Positions 22,383 to 34,576 of a DNA stretch of 64,000 nucleotides are shown piece by piece; position 1 is the stretch's first letter, and the number at the start of each line of letters is the position of its first letter. The position numbers and the translations under genes are program-made. The stretch comes from Orbicella franksi (taxonomy: Eukaryota), in contig OZ116701.1 of the NCBI GenBank assembly GCA_964199315.1, forward strand, positions 22,382,001 through 22,446,000, in the 5' to 3' direction. The notes beneath the pieces are model-generated. The model worked only from the letters and a program-made list of their open reading frames with translations, did no database searches and was not told the origin of the DNA.

Positions 22383-25300
22383 ATGGAGAATCGAAAGCGG
22401 AAGAAGCATCAGGCCAATCTATTCTCTCCTGAGGCCATAAGATCTCATTTGTCTGCCAAAAAAAGGTAGAAGCCGATATAGATAGTCATGTGGAATTTCT
22501 TCGCAGAGTTGACCTCAACGCAGTGGACAACCTCAAGGAAGATGAAGCACTCGCGATATTGTCGGCCAAGCTCACTTTGAATGGACTGTCAGTCTTGAAG
22601 TTGGCCATGAATCATGTACCATGTACGTACACGATGCATTGCAGGGAATTTGAAGGCTTTCCTTTACGTACTGTTTTAATCCATAACATTGTCACTGCCT
22701 GTTGTAGCTCTCGTTCCCTTGATTCGCTCGCCAATGTTCATCTGTATGTCAGTTTCCTTGAAAAGTATTGTACGGAATTCCTCTGTAGTCCCGAGGTTCT
22801 ACCGCACGACAAACTTTGGAAGTTATGTGAAAACGGTGGATACCGTTACACCAAATTTTTGTCACCTCCGACAAAATCTTGCCTAAACTGTGGGGAAGGC
22901 ATCACGATGCACAACCCACGCTCGAAAGCCAAATTGTTCACCCTTCAAGGCCCTATTCCTGCATCGAAAATCACTCTTGAGTGCAAAGGTTGCAAAATAA
23001 GCTATGGGATAACACAATTCACGGATAGTACAGGAGCCCATTTCTATCCAAATTCAATATCAAGTCATGTGATACAGATGACAAACACCTCATACATGAC
23101 TCAAGAGTTGTACAGGTGGATACCTTCTCTCAGGTAGGTAAAAAGCCCATATTTTTGATGTATGGATGGATTGATTGATTGAAGTGGATGTTAAAGTTTT
23201 CCAGAATGTTTCTGTAATTTATTGTGGCGAGTCTCTACTTACAATCTGCATCAGTAATAGTATCTAATGTTATGTCCTGTCATTGCTCACAATGTTTTTT
23301 TTTTTGTAACATCACTAGTTTTGATAGCAACAGTCAAAGCACCCTTCACGGTTGCTATAGGTGCTGATCACTTTCAAGCTTTCATTTTTGTTGCAATTGA
23401 TTAGTGATCAGCATATAACTTAGACATAAGTTCCTTTTTGCAATGTTAATCAAGTCCTTTTTTCTCACTTAAACAAAAAGTTATTTGTCTTTCAAACCCA
23501 CATGCTCATGATGCAAACTTTGTCATAGTCATTGATTTTCTTCATTGCAGCAAGCATTCTTGGGTTTCTTTTAGTGGCTTTTCAGAGTCGTACAATGAAG
23601 TGTACTTTAAAGAGATTGACAGGTTTTCAAACACGCTGTCTGGTAAGCAAATATTTAATTGTTATTTGGTTGTTGGGTTGTTGCTCCTGAACACTGTTAG
23701 AACTTTGCAAACTCAGTCATATGTGAGATTGTGGCATTTCCCAGAATTTTAACACATGAAACAAGCCTTTGACGTTTCCTTTCTATTATAATACATAGTT
23801 GACAAAGATGACTCTGAAGATGATGAAAAGGATGACCCTGAGAGTTCTTCTACCGGTAAGGTCTTCTCTTTTGCAGGGGGAGGGATGGGGGATGGCTGTA
23901 ATGGGGCTGTTGGCATTCACTTCAGAGGAGAAGATTGGTAAAAAGTTAAACAGTTCTGAGATGGCCACCAAAGGGACTGGTGGCCCATTATATAATATGA
24001 GTTATCTACAGAAAGTTTCCTGTTGTCCACAAAAATCTAGTGGCCTGCCATCTAATATATGTTGACACATTCCATTTCATGTGTTGAGAATGTATGCCAA
24101 GCTTGGTTATCAGCTTGTTATCAGTGTGTAACGTGTCTTATTTTTTATAATGTTAGGAGTGATGATCACTGGTGAACTGACAGCTAAGTTCGCTGCTAAA
24201 AGCTACTGGAAGAAGGAACTGGAGGAAGAGCTTAATGACTTGGGAATACAAGAAAAGTGGTCTTTCAACAAGACTAGTGCATTACCTTATTCTGGAAGTG
24301 AAGAGGATGCAATGGAATATGTGGAAAGCAGACGTTCTGAGCAGTTGTATGCTCACACTTGCTCTAAACTTTGCTCAGATAAAGGTCTGTTTTATACCAT
24401 ATAACTTACGCACCATTCACGGTAACAAAACATGTTTAATTAAACCAGGTTTAACAAAATGAAAATCCCCAAAAGGAGATGAAAAAGACTCCTTTTTACA
24501 TTGGATTCAACTGAGCCCTATCATGTGCTTTCACTGTGCTTAATTTGAAGTTTACAAGTAATGACTTCTATAAAGAATTTATTTTAAACTATGTTTAGCT
24601 ATACAACTTTCAAATGTGTTTTAGCTTTGCTGTGAATGAGGTATTAGATGTAAATAATGATTTTTGTTTCAACTGATAATTAAATTATAAGTCCCACATA
24701 GAAGATTCCTTGGATTAACAATGGTAATAGGACTGACTGGAGTCCAATTCGGTCTGTAATCATACGAGTGATTTGTTAATCACAAGTATGATTACAGACT
24801 GAATTGGACGACATGATGTCCTGTTACCGATTAATCAAAGCTACTACAAAATTCGATAAACAAACAAACCATCGATTGAGCACTGAACGATTAAACGTCG
24901 TTATGAATGCTGAAAAACATAGTAGTTTACTCAACATAGTGCACTGCAACAGCGTGCGCAAAATGATGCGTACTGTCCAATTACAAGCATGACACGTACA
25001 CTGTCCAATTAATGCTCAAATCAGGCTGCTGATAGCCAATCACATTCGAGAATTTTGTTATAGTTTTGATTAATAATGGTAATAGGACTGAGTGGAGTTC
25101 AATTCGGTCTGTAATCATACGAGTGATTAACAAAATCGGACGACCACGAAGCGGGAGTCCGATTTGTTTATCACGAGTATGATTACAAACTGAATTGGAA
25201 GACATGATGTCCTGTTACCAATTAATCAAAACTATGCCAAAATTCGAGAAACGAACAAACCATCGATTGAGCACTGAACAATTAAACGTCGTTATGAATG

Positions 25301-25610
25301 CTGAAAAACACGGCAGTTTACTCAACAGCACACGCAAAATGACGCATACTGTCCAATTACAAGCATGACGCGTACACTGTCCAATTAATGTTCAAATCGG
25401 GCTGCTGATAGCCAATCACGTTCAAGAATTTTGTTATAGTTTTGATTAGGGGTGAAATTGTTTTCATTGATTAGCATCTTCTTTATTTTATTGCATCACT
25501 GCTTAGATCTTGTATATTTTACTTTGCTGCACCCTAATTTTTTTCCCAAGGTTGGTAGGCTGTTTGTTGCTGATGGCAACTGGAAGTTGCGTTATGTTCA
25601 TTGCATGTAG
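22383..25610 (+). pseudogene. Spliced gene for a CxC5-like cysteine-cluster protein (KDZ/Zisupton transposase-associated type), truncated and disrupted
   Basis: Exons ~22383/22490-23133, 23551-23642, 23799-23855, 24157-24384 and 25551-25610. GT-AG boundaries keep frame through exon 4. Protein: FLSPPTKSCLNCG...ITLECKGCKISYG...HSWVSFSGFSESYNE...AHTCSKLC...GRLFVADGNWKLRYVHCM*. Exon 5 has a frameshift and a TAG stop. Confidence 0.7.
24719..25447 (+). mobile_element. Two head-to-tail copies (~355 and ~375 bp) of a hairpin-type MITE, in an intron
   Basis: aatggtaataggactga.tggagt.caattcggtctgtaatcatacgagtgatt...gagaattttgttatagttttgatta starts at 24719 and again at ~25074. Internal inverted arms are ctgtaatcatac / gtatgattaca. 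Copy 1 lacks the loop sequence present in copy 2. Confidence 0.8.
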
Positions 25611-25934
25611 ATAGAACAGAACAGTAACCAGTCTGGTGGTGTTCCTAACCAACTTTTGTTTTTGTTTTTTTTCAATCCCTTCTTAAGACTTCTTAAAAAT
25701 TCATTCAAATTCACGTTTACCCCCGCCTTAATGTACTCAAAGGACCCTTCGTGAGTTTCGCTGTTGTATTTAATGCAGAGCATGTCGCAATGGTAGAAAT
25801 CAGTGTGAAACTTCTTAAGATAATTACCCAGTCTTCCAAAAACACAACCTACAACAATGCAATAAGATTCCGCTTCATCATGCAAACAATTTCGGTATCA
25901 TCGAAATTGGAAGAGGCTGACTAGGGTTGAAAAA

Positions 25935-26110
25935 ATTTGTGATAATCACGCGGGTTCTAATATCAGGAGGTAGAGAGTTCCATAATTGTACAGATCTATT
26001 ATACTGAAGGCAGCGTAGTGTAATATGGCCATAACGTGAGGACCTTATTGATATGTCTCTAACACGTACTAATAAATTGAGTAAGTAATCTGGGCATTGC
26101 CCATTTGGGC
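25935..26110 (-). pseudogene. CR1/L2 LINE RT C-terminal fragment
   Basis: Minus strand reads CPDYLLNLLVRVRDISIRSSRYGHITLRCLQYNR..SVQLWNSLPPDIR, a typical post-RT segment. Confidence 0.65.
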
Positions 26111-27988
26111 ATTTTGAAAAAGTAATAACTTATTTAAATTGATTTGTTGTTGTGCCTGCCGTTTTACATAATGTGAATAAGCCCTGTCTGTTCACTAGAT
26201 ATATTTCCCTAGCCGTAATTGACGATGGTATGATGATTGACGAATTTTTGTTTTGAACCTTACACTGACTGAAACTTGTTCCTCAGAGTACTCTCTTTGC
26301 TTCGAGAGAGGAACTCGCCACGATTCCAAATAACGGTAGGAAACACTACAACTCTACTAAGTACACCAAATGAATTCTATATAAACAATCATAACTGTAA
26401 ATTCAAACATTATGTAACCAGGCCTAAAGTACATTATCATTAGGAATAATGTTGGGCCCTGGCGGACAGACGACCTTTTAGGAGACAAACGCTAGAAGTT
26501 CCAACTAGTAGCCCACCAGTGTTGGCTATACCAATGCCTGACCATGCCACCCTCCCGTTTTAACAGTGAAAAGCCGAAATAATCGTGAATGATGTCCAGC
26601 AAATATTATGAACTTACAGTGCGATGAATTTGTTAAGTTTGATACCTTTGTCTTCATCGTCGAGGTATTTTTCAAGAGTACAAGAATACAAGCCTAATTT
26701 CGCGAAAATAGGGTGTTGCGAGACTTGAATTTCGCGATGCAGCCAAAAATTGCGTTGAAGGGGGCTAAACCCTATTACTCTATGATAACGTTCAAAAGTA
26801 CACAATTCTGCAGTTCCGAAAATGTCTTCTCTCAATCTGTTATTTGACTCAGTGGAAGAGAGCATGAACATGTAAACTGAATCGCACAATGGTTGACTTT
26901 AGTACGCTAGTACGTAGTACGTGGGACGTGTACAAGCTATCTTATTGACTCCCTTAGCACTTAAGTGCGTTAGAACAAAGTATGGACACGTACGTGTGAT
27001 TCTTGTACATGTTGTTGATACGTTAGAACTAAAGCACCTGCCAAGGTAACTTTGTGCTCTTGCACTATAAGAATATGTCGATGTTAACAGTCAGGAAAGA
27101 GTGAAGCAAATGCATAGATAAGGGACCAATGATGCAAAAAATGTAAGAAAAACTGATGTCTAATTCAATTGTCTTGAACGTTTAACAAGCTACCATTGTT
27201 TTGCTTACAAGTACTAAAATCATCCGTACTAAGAAAAAAATTTAGAAAACGGCATCCTACTTCAGGCATGGTATAATTTGAGATCAAACTTAGGACAGAT
27301 GCTGGACGTGGAAGTCGAGGAATTATATCACTATATCAACAAGGATAGCTTGTCCACCTCAGTAGCAGGCACAACCCTTCGAGGCCATCACATAGGCTCC
27401 TTTATCTGCATCTGATCACAGGAGGAATTTGTAATACATCTGCAAGTCGGGGGAGATCAGCCTTCTCTATTCAAAATTCCGCCTTGCAGTCAGCTTGGCC
27501 CATATCATCTAAGTCGAACTTATAATACGACTCGTAACTGAAATCTGGATTTTTCAACTGAAAACAATCGTGAAGTAAAACAAATTCTTTAGTGTTCTCA
27601 TTGTGAGATAGCAATAGCAGATCTTGGATATTTTTAAACTTGTTCATTTTTAATTAAACGCTTAAAAAATTCTCTGGAAAGACTGTGCTCAGCAACGGCC
27701 ATCTAGCGCCGCCGCAACGTGAAGGAAGCTGCTAAAGGTTTGTATTTGGCTGGAACGTCGTTCTCGATCCAGACCCTCTCGTACACCGCCGTTGCCGTCG
27801 CTCAAAAAAAACGAATTGCTAAAGGTCTCTAATGTCTAACAGGAAGTGACCAAGTGAAGGAATGATGGAGTGAAATCACTTCACCACATCACTACAACTT
27901 GAAAAATGATATTTTCCAACTTAAAAATGACCATACTTAAAAAACAAAGAGCGACTATTTACAAATTCTGTAAAAAGCTAGGTCTTAA

Positions 27989-28226
27989 AGGGGCTCGGTC
28001 ACCGTATTTTGAGTTATTTTGGCCACATACAAAATTACCTTTAAATGGCAGGAAACCTGAAAATAACAGTTTAATAAGATAGAAAAACACCAATGACATG
28101 ATGATAAACCATAAAGAAACAAGGATGGCTAAGGATGGAGAAGATTAACACGGATTACAAACGAAGAATTTGAAAAATTGAGGCTAAACTTTTCAATAAT
28201 TATGCGCAAACCATGACTGAGCTCCT
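27989..28226. mobile_element. Kolobok-like MITE with TTAA target-site duplication
   Basis: TTAA|AGGGGCTCGGTCA ... TGACTGAGCTCCT|TTAA: 13-bp TIR (2 mismatches) with RR...YY termini. Confidence 0.75.
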
Positions 28227-28429
28227 TTAAGGGCCCTGTTAAAAGTATCAATCGAATTCAATCCACGCAAAGCTAAGGGTAAATCAGTCTAAAGTCTTGG
28301 GAAAAATACAGAGAACCCTCTATCTTTGTAAGTCTTAGTAAATGAGCTGGGCTGATCTAGAAGCATATAATTAGTAACAGAGCGCATGATCTTAAGTGAG
28401 TACGAGAATGGAATGTAAGGTATACATTT

Positions 28430-28622
28430 CCCCCCCCCCCCCCCGCCTCTTCCCCCTCAAACAATGTTGAGATTTCTATTTCTTAGACTGCACAGGCCAC
28501 AGCACCTACACAACATTGGATTGGGGGGCCGGGGCTATTAGAGAATTAACGCTAGAAGCAAATAAAAATTAATAGAATAAGAGGTTAAATATCAATGAGC
28601 ACCATTTTCTAAAAGTGTCCCA
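28430..28622 (+). repeat. Dispersed ~190-bp repeat (second copy ~29885-30062)
   Basis: ccccctca.acaatgttga...cttagactgcacag.ccacagcacctacacaacattg.attggggg...caccattttctaaaagtgtc occurs twice, 1.45 kb apart. Confidence 0.8.
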
Positions 28623-28624
28623 AC

Positions 28625-29056
28625 TACATGTTACACCAGCGCTTTATGAGCTGCACTGACTGCCGGTTTCTTTGCGTATTGATTATAAGATTTTACTTTT
28701 GACTGTTAACTGTATTTATGGCCTTGCATCAACTTATCTTAGTGATGTCATTAGTATAAAATCAAATTCATCATATAATCTTAGGTCTACTGGTAAGCTC
28801 TTATTGAACCATCCCAAGGGTAAGATGCTTCCAACACTGGGGGCCAGATCATTTTCAGCAGCAGCTCCAAAACTCTGGGATGGCCTACCTGAAGAGCTTT
28901 GTCAAGCAACATCACTTGACAGTTTCAAATCTCGACTTAAGACTTATCTTTTTAAGAAGTATTTTTATAACTTATAACTTTTATTATTTTATTTTCATGG
29001 TGATTGTAAAGCGTTATTGATCAGAATATGTAAATATGTGCTATATAAATTGGTAA

Positions 29057-29088
<32 letters not shown>

Positions 29089-29111
29089 CATCATTATCAT
29101 TATCATTATTA
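28625..29111 (+). mobile_element. 5'-truncated L2-type LINE 3' end
   Basis: HVTPALYELH*LPVSLRIDYKILLL...YNLRS...TLGARSFSAAAPKLWDGLP...SLDSFKSRLKTYLF, then a 3'UTR and an (ATT/ATC)n tail. Confidence 0.9.
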
Positions 29112-30904
29112 TGTACTTTTGTCACCCATTGTCTGGAGTCTATTTGTGTAAACTGTGGCGATTTCCATTAGATTTCCAAGTTCTAGCAAGTATATTTTTA
29201 CAAAATCCAGAGTGATTTGTGACTAAAGAAAAAGTGACAAGTGTTTTTTTTCTCACAAAAATTCTGATACAAAGACGAAACCTGGTCTATCCTGTAAATA
29301 AATTGACCCATATTTTGTCCTCAAGGTTGTGTTTATCACCACTTTTTCACTTCTAAAGCGCTCAAAGAGTGTCTATCTCACTTTCATTCAACACAATTTT
29401 CACCATGACACAATGGCTACAACTTTTTCTTTGTTCATTTGTCATGTTTTGATGGGAAACCAGAAATTGTAATGTTCTACGGCAATATTCTTATGTCTGA
29501 AGAAACGTTTTACCATTGCAGGTGACCACATAATGACTTCACAGTAACGTGTGCATCTCATTTTGATAACGGTATTGTACTGAGGACATAAAATTTGATA
29601 TCAAACAATGCTTTAAGTGCTTTTCAACTTTAACTCCAAATTTCCAACAATTTCCCATTGTAAACCATTTATATAGAGAGGTTAATAAATTTCTTCTATT
29701 TTTAATCCTTTTCCATTAACGAAACATTGAGACCTCACGACATGAAGTTCAAAAGCATGATAAAACAGGTGGTCTCGTGTAATTTTGTCTGCTGAACAGA
29801 ATGCTGTTAACAGAATGCTTCAAACATGTAAGTGTGACAGAAAAATGATGTCCAATGATGTTTGATTTTCGAGTGTCTTTTGAGTCCCCCCATCCCCCCT
29901 CACACAATGTTGATTTTTCTGTTTCTTAGACTGCACAGACCACAGCACCTACACAACATTGAATTGGGGGCCCAGGATATCAGAGAATTAACTCTAGAAG
30001 TAGATAAAATAGAATAAGAGGTTAAATATCCAAAAAACACCATTTTCTAAAAGTGTCTCTACTTTTGTTGCCCGTTATAGCTCTAGTACAACAGTATTGT
30101 ATCAAGATTATCAGACTCAGTGACAAGTCAAATTCCATGGCTATGTTTTTGTGAATACAGACAGATATATAATAAACAAATTACAGCACAGAAAGTGCTT
30201 TCTACAGATTTTTCTTCACCAGATACAAAACTTTGAAAAACAAAAGAGTGAACCCCAAAGTTTTGCAACACATGGATAAAAATCCATGTTGCACTTTATA
30301 TGAAGTAATCTAAATATCTTAAGATTAGCTAACAGATTTGCACTGAGTAAATGACATAACTTCCATTCAAATGTCCAATGTGTAACCATGACTATATCAA
30401 CTGCAACTGATGATAGAGAATCAACGAAAGTAATCATTCAGCTATGGGTCATAAATTATAATGTCCAATAAACTAACCTTTTTAAGCAAGGCACATTGCT
30501 TCAGACTGTCAGCCTCCTCCAGACAATGGGACAATACTATTGGCACTTCATCACAATCTGCTGACTCACATAACCCTAATAAAATATTCACAAAGCAGGA
30601 AAACAGTCATCAGAGTTATAGATGGATCGTTTCCAATGGAAAGTAGCAAGGTTATTCTCTTGGAAAGATATTATAAGACTGTCATAGCATTGATTGTCTA
30701 CAGGTACAGCTATGGCAAGTATACACTGTAGTACCCTTACAACATTCCCTCCCATTTCTTTTTGAAGATTGTAAAGCTCAGTGGCTTGAAAATAAATACA
30801 CCATGAAAAAACTGTTTCAGAGAAGACCAAATAAATTTTTATTTGTGTTTGGGAGACCAGGAAGTGATGTACTCAAAGCTCAAGGGACAGTTACAATATA
30901 ATGG

Positions 30905-32387
30905 GGCTAAATGTAATTTAGGCAAAGTTAACCTCAAGTCAATGCTGCTCAGCGGTTTTTTCGTCTCACGTGGCTTAGGGTGGTCCCGGCCCTTAAACAG
31001 GGACTCCTTGTGACCTTTGCTAACAGCTGCTTTCTTGCAGTCTTTCGCAAAGGTTCAGTTGCTTGCCGTTTTGCTCACGCTAGCTGCTCGCTCGCCATCT
31101 CCACTGGCAATTTGCATGCCAGGCCTGGTGGTGCTTCAGCTGAGTTTTCCAAACCTTCTGGAGGCTCATAGTCCTAAATCATCTGTCATCAGCCTTTGAC
31201 TCTTAAGCCTTTCAGTTGATAGGTTATTTGCCACCACCCTAATCCCTTTTCCCGTTTTTTGGCCCACTACTCCTTGTGCATGTTCTTGCTCCTTCCTTGC
31301 AGCCGGTTCAGTGCTTCCTTCCATAACTGTGGATGTCGAGGAATTCATGCAGGAATTGGCCAGTCATCCTAATCAGCAGGTGTTCTATGTCCTTCAGGGT
31401 CTCCAACATGGCTTCAAACTGGGCTTCCATTCCACCCATCCACTCAAGACAGCCAAAAAGAACAAGCCATCTGCCCTTTTGCATGCTAACGCTGTTGGCC
31501 AGTATCTAGACAATGAGGTCTTGCTTGACAGGGGTGCGGGGCCCATTCCCTTCTCCCCCAATTCTCCGTTTGCACATCAGCAGCTTTGGGGTAATTCAGA
31601 AAGGACAACCAGGAAAGTGGCACTTGATCATTGACCTGTCCTCTCCTGGGGGATCCAGTGTGAATGATGACATTGACCCCATAGGACTTTACTCTCCAGT
31701 ATATTCCACTTGATGGGTTGATCCACATGGTCTCTCGCTATGGGTGTGGGGCCTCGATGGCTAAGTTTGATGTTAAGGCTGCTTACCAGAACATTGGCAT
31801 CCATCCTGATGACCATTCCCTTCACAATATGAAATGGCACCTGCAATTTTAAGTTGATCTTATCCCACCCTTTGGTCTTCGATCGGCCCTGTTTATCTTT
31901 AATTCCGTAGTTGACATGGTTGAATGGATCCTACTGAACCAGCATCATGTTTCAGACCTGTGGCACTATTTAAACAATTTTTACACAGCTGGTTCTCTGC
32001 AGTCCGTTCAATGCACACACAACTTAAATACTGCACTTGCAGTTTCCAAGAGATTATGGCTACCTCTGCACCCTAACAAGTGTGTGGGTCCCTCGACTTC
32101 CCTCACTGTCTTAGGAATCGAGCAGGACTCATTAATTATTCAGCAACTGGCTCATCTGCCCAAAGACAAACTGCTAGCACCCAAAGAGCTGATCCTCTCG
32201 TGGCTTCAGCATCATTGATGCCGCAAGCGGGAACTCAAATCTCTCATTTGCCACTTGCACCATGCCACTAAGGTAGTCTGGCCAGCCAGAACATTTCTCT
32301 GATGGTTTGATTACTTTGCTGTTGTGCTCCTGCAATAAAGATCATCCTATCCACATCAATTGCAAATTTCACCTAGACCTTCAGGAA
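30905..32387 (+). mobile_element. Second, older Ngaro-type fragment (A-like repeat and decayed RT), truncated at its 3' side
   Basis: The start (taatttaggcaaagtta.cctcaa.tcaatgc.gctcagcggttt) resembles repeat A of the 6398 element. Decayed RT: QELASHPNQQ..YVLQGLQHGFKLGF, GKWHLIIDLSSPGGSSVNDDID, MAKFDVKAAY, VEWILLNQHHVSDLWHYLNNF, DHPIHIN..FHLDLQ. Confidence 0.88.
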
Positions 32388-34230
32388 ACCTAGACCTGAG
32401 GAAATTTGAGGTTATTTTCATAGACAAGATCAGTATGGTAGGCAGTGGCACATTCATGTTCTTGAACTTACGCTTACAGCAGATCATGGGTACACCAAAA
32501 CCCTTTGGAGGAGTAAATTTGATAACTGTTGGTGACCTGTTTCAGTTAAAGCCAGTTTTTGACAAATGGATCTTTGAGAATTCAAAGGATGCCTATAGTG
32601 CATTAGCCACAAATATTTGGCAAGAACATTTTAAGATGTATGAATTGTCAGAAATTATGAGACAGAAGGATGACAGAGAATTTGCAGAGCTTTTAAATCA
32701 CCTAAGAGAAGGAAAACACACAACAAGATATTGAGGTCCTAAAAGGAAGGATTTTAAAAGTAAAGCCAGGTGAAAATGATTATCCCCTAAACATCACACA
32801 CTTGTTTAGTACTAACCAAGCAGTAGATGGTCACAATGTTAAAATATTCAACAACTCCAAAAACCAGAAAGTAATCATTTGTGCAGTTGACATTATAATA
32901 AGAGATCTGTCTGATGAACTAAAAGAAAGAATGAAACAAAAAATCCCACATGATCCAACCAAAACCATGGGATTATTTTCTGTTTGTTCTGTTCATGTTG
33001 CAGCAAAATATGACCTAACAACAATTGTCTCTGTCCTTGATGGTATGACCAATAGAGCAGAATGTACAGTTAAAAAAATTGACTACAGAGTAGTTGGCTC
33101 TACTAGACCAAGTATTATATGGGTAATATTTCAGGATCCTAACATCGGTCGTCATTGGCGAAGAGAGTATGCACATTTGTATAATGGACATAGATGTATA
33201 CAGAGCACCTGGACACCGATCTTGGAAATCACAAGACAATTTAGATTGTACAAAAGAAATCAAGTTCAAGTTCTTCGTAGACAATCCCCTTTACGACCAG
33301 CTGCAGCCAAAACAATACATCATTGTCAAGGTGACACACTTGAGGAAGCAGCTGTTGATTTACCAGCTTCAGCAAGAGAACATATGCATTATGTTGGTCT
33401 AAGCAGACTTCAGAATATTTCAGGATTGCATATCTTCAATTTAAACGAGAAAAAGATAGCAGTTAGCAAGAAAGTGGAAGCTGAAATGTTTCGACTAAGG
33501 TCAGAAGCATCTCTAAAACCATGCATTCCCTTTCTTTATGAAACATCAAGTAACAAAAGCAACTTGAAATTTTTGTTCCAAAATGTAAGATCCTTGCATC
33601 TGTATATTGAAGATGTAGCAAGTGATTATAGTCTACAAGCAGCACATGTAAATATATTAGTTGAGAGAGATTTATGTTCAAGAAACATTAATGAAACATA
33701 TGACATGGCTAATTTTCGCCTCTACAGAAATGATTATGATCCACAGAATACTACTCAAACAACATATGGAACAGCTGTGTATATCAGAAATGATTTGAGT
33801 GCACCTGTGACCCCTTTAGATGGAACTACAACAACACAGAAATGACTGTTGCTGATTGCAATCTACCTGGTTGCAACAATATACATGTTGCTGGGATATA
33901 TCGCTCGAAATCAAAAGTTGTATTTTCTAAACTAATTGAAGCTTTTAGAACACTTACATCGGACTATTCTTAGTGAACCACAGACTCCAGTCATAATTTT
34001 CGGAGACTTTAATGTCAATTTTATGGAAGTCACCTCTCAACAGAAAGCTCTTCTGGAATATATGATCGAGCAAAAAGGATACACTCAGCTGATAAAATAG
34101 TACACAACAGATTATAAAACTCGAATAGACCACATATACACTAATATTCCACACCAAGTTCAAAGTTCTGATACATTAGAGTCATATTATAGTGACCATA
34201 AGCCCATTTTCGTTTGCCTAAACATAACCA
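32388..34230 (+). pseudogene. Helentron (Helitron2)-type PIF1 helicase C-half fused to an AP-like endonuclease; 5' part missing
   Basis: FIDKISMVG, FGGVNLITVGDLFQLKPV, MRQKDD, AAKTIHHCQGDTL, YVGLSR. Then FQNVRSL, IFGDFNVNF, DYKTRIDHIYTN, YYSDHKPIF (EEP/APE motifs). Confidence 0.88.
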
Positions 34231-34510
34231 ACTAGACCTATTGTTTTCTATCATTGGTTATTTTGTGAAGATAAGGAATGATTACATTGTTGGCTATGAC
34301 ATTTGCTTTGTTGGTTTAGCTTGAGCACTTGTACATGTAAGTCTGTTATCTTCATATTACAGTTGGTTTGATTTTCAATAGCACTGGTCACAGGTATACC
34401 CACGTAATTTAAAAATATACATAAGAAAAGTAAAGGTTTTAGAGGTAGAAAATTATGATGTATCAATTAAAATGGGTTGTTTCTCAGTGGAGATGAGTAA
34501 AAAGGGAAAG

Positions 34511-34576
34511 TGACCTCACTCTCACCATGAGTGAGGTCAATGTGTGCTGTGGCGAGGTAGTGACTTATCACTACCT
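34511..34576. other. Two adjacent perfect hairpins ~300 bp downstream of the Helentron ORF (candidate 3' terminal structure)
   Basis: TGACCTCACTC-7 nt-GAGTGAGGTCA (34511-34539) and AGGTAGTGA-4 nt-TCACTACCT (34555-34576). Confidence 0.6.

Noticed and set aside
23877-24065. Extra exon of the CxC5 gene
   Set aside because: It would need a 21-nt intron (23856-23876), too short to splice, and exon 3 already joins 24157 in frame.
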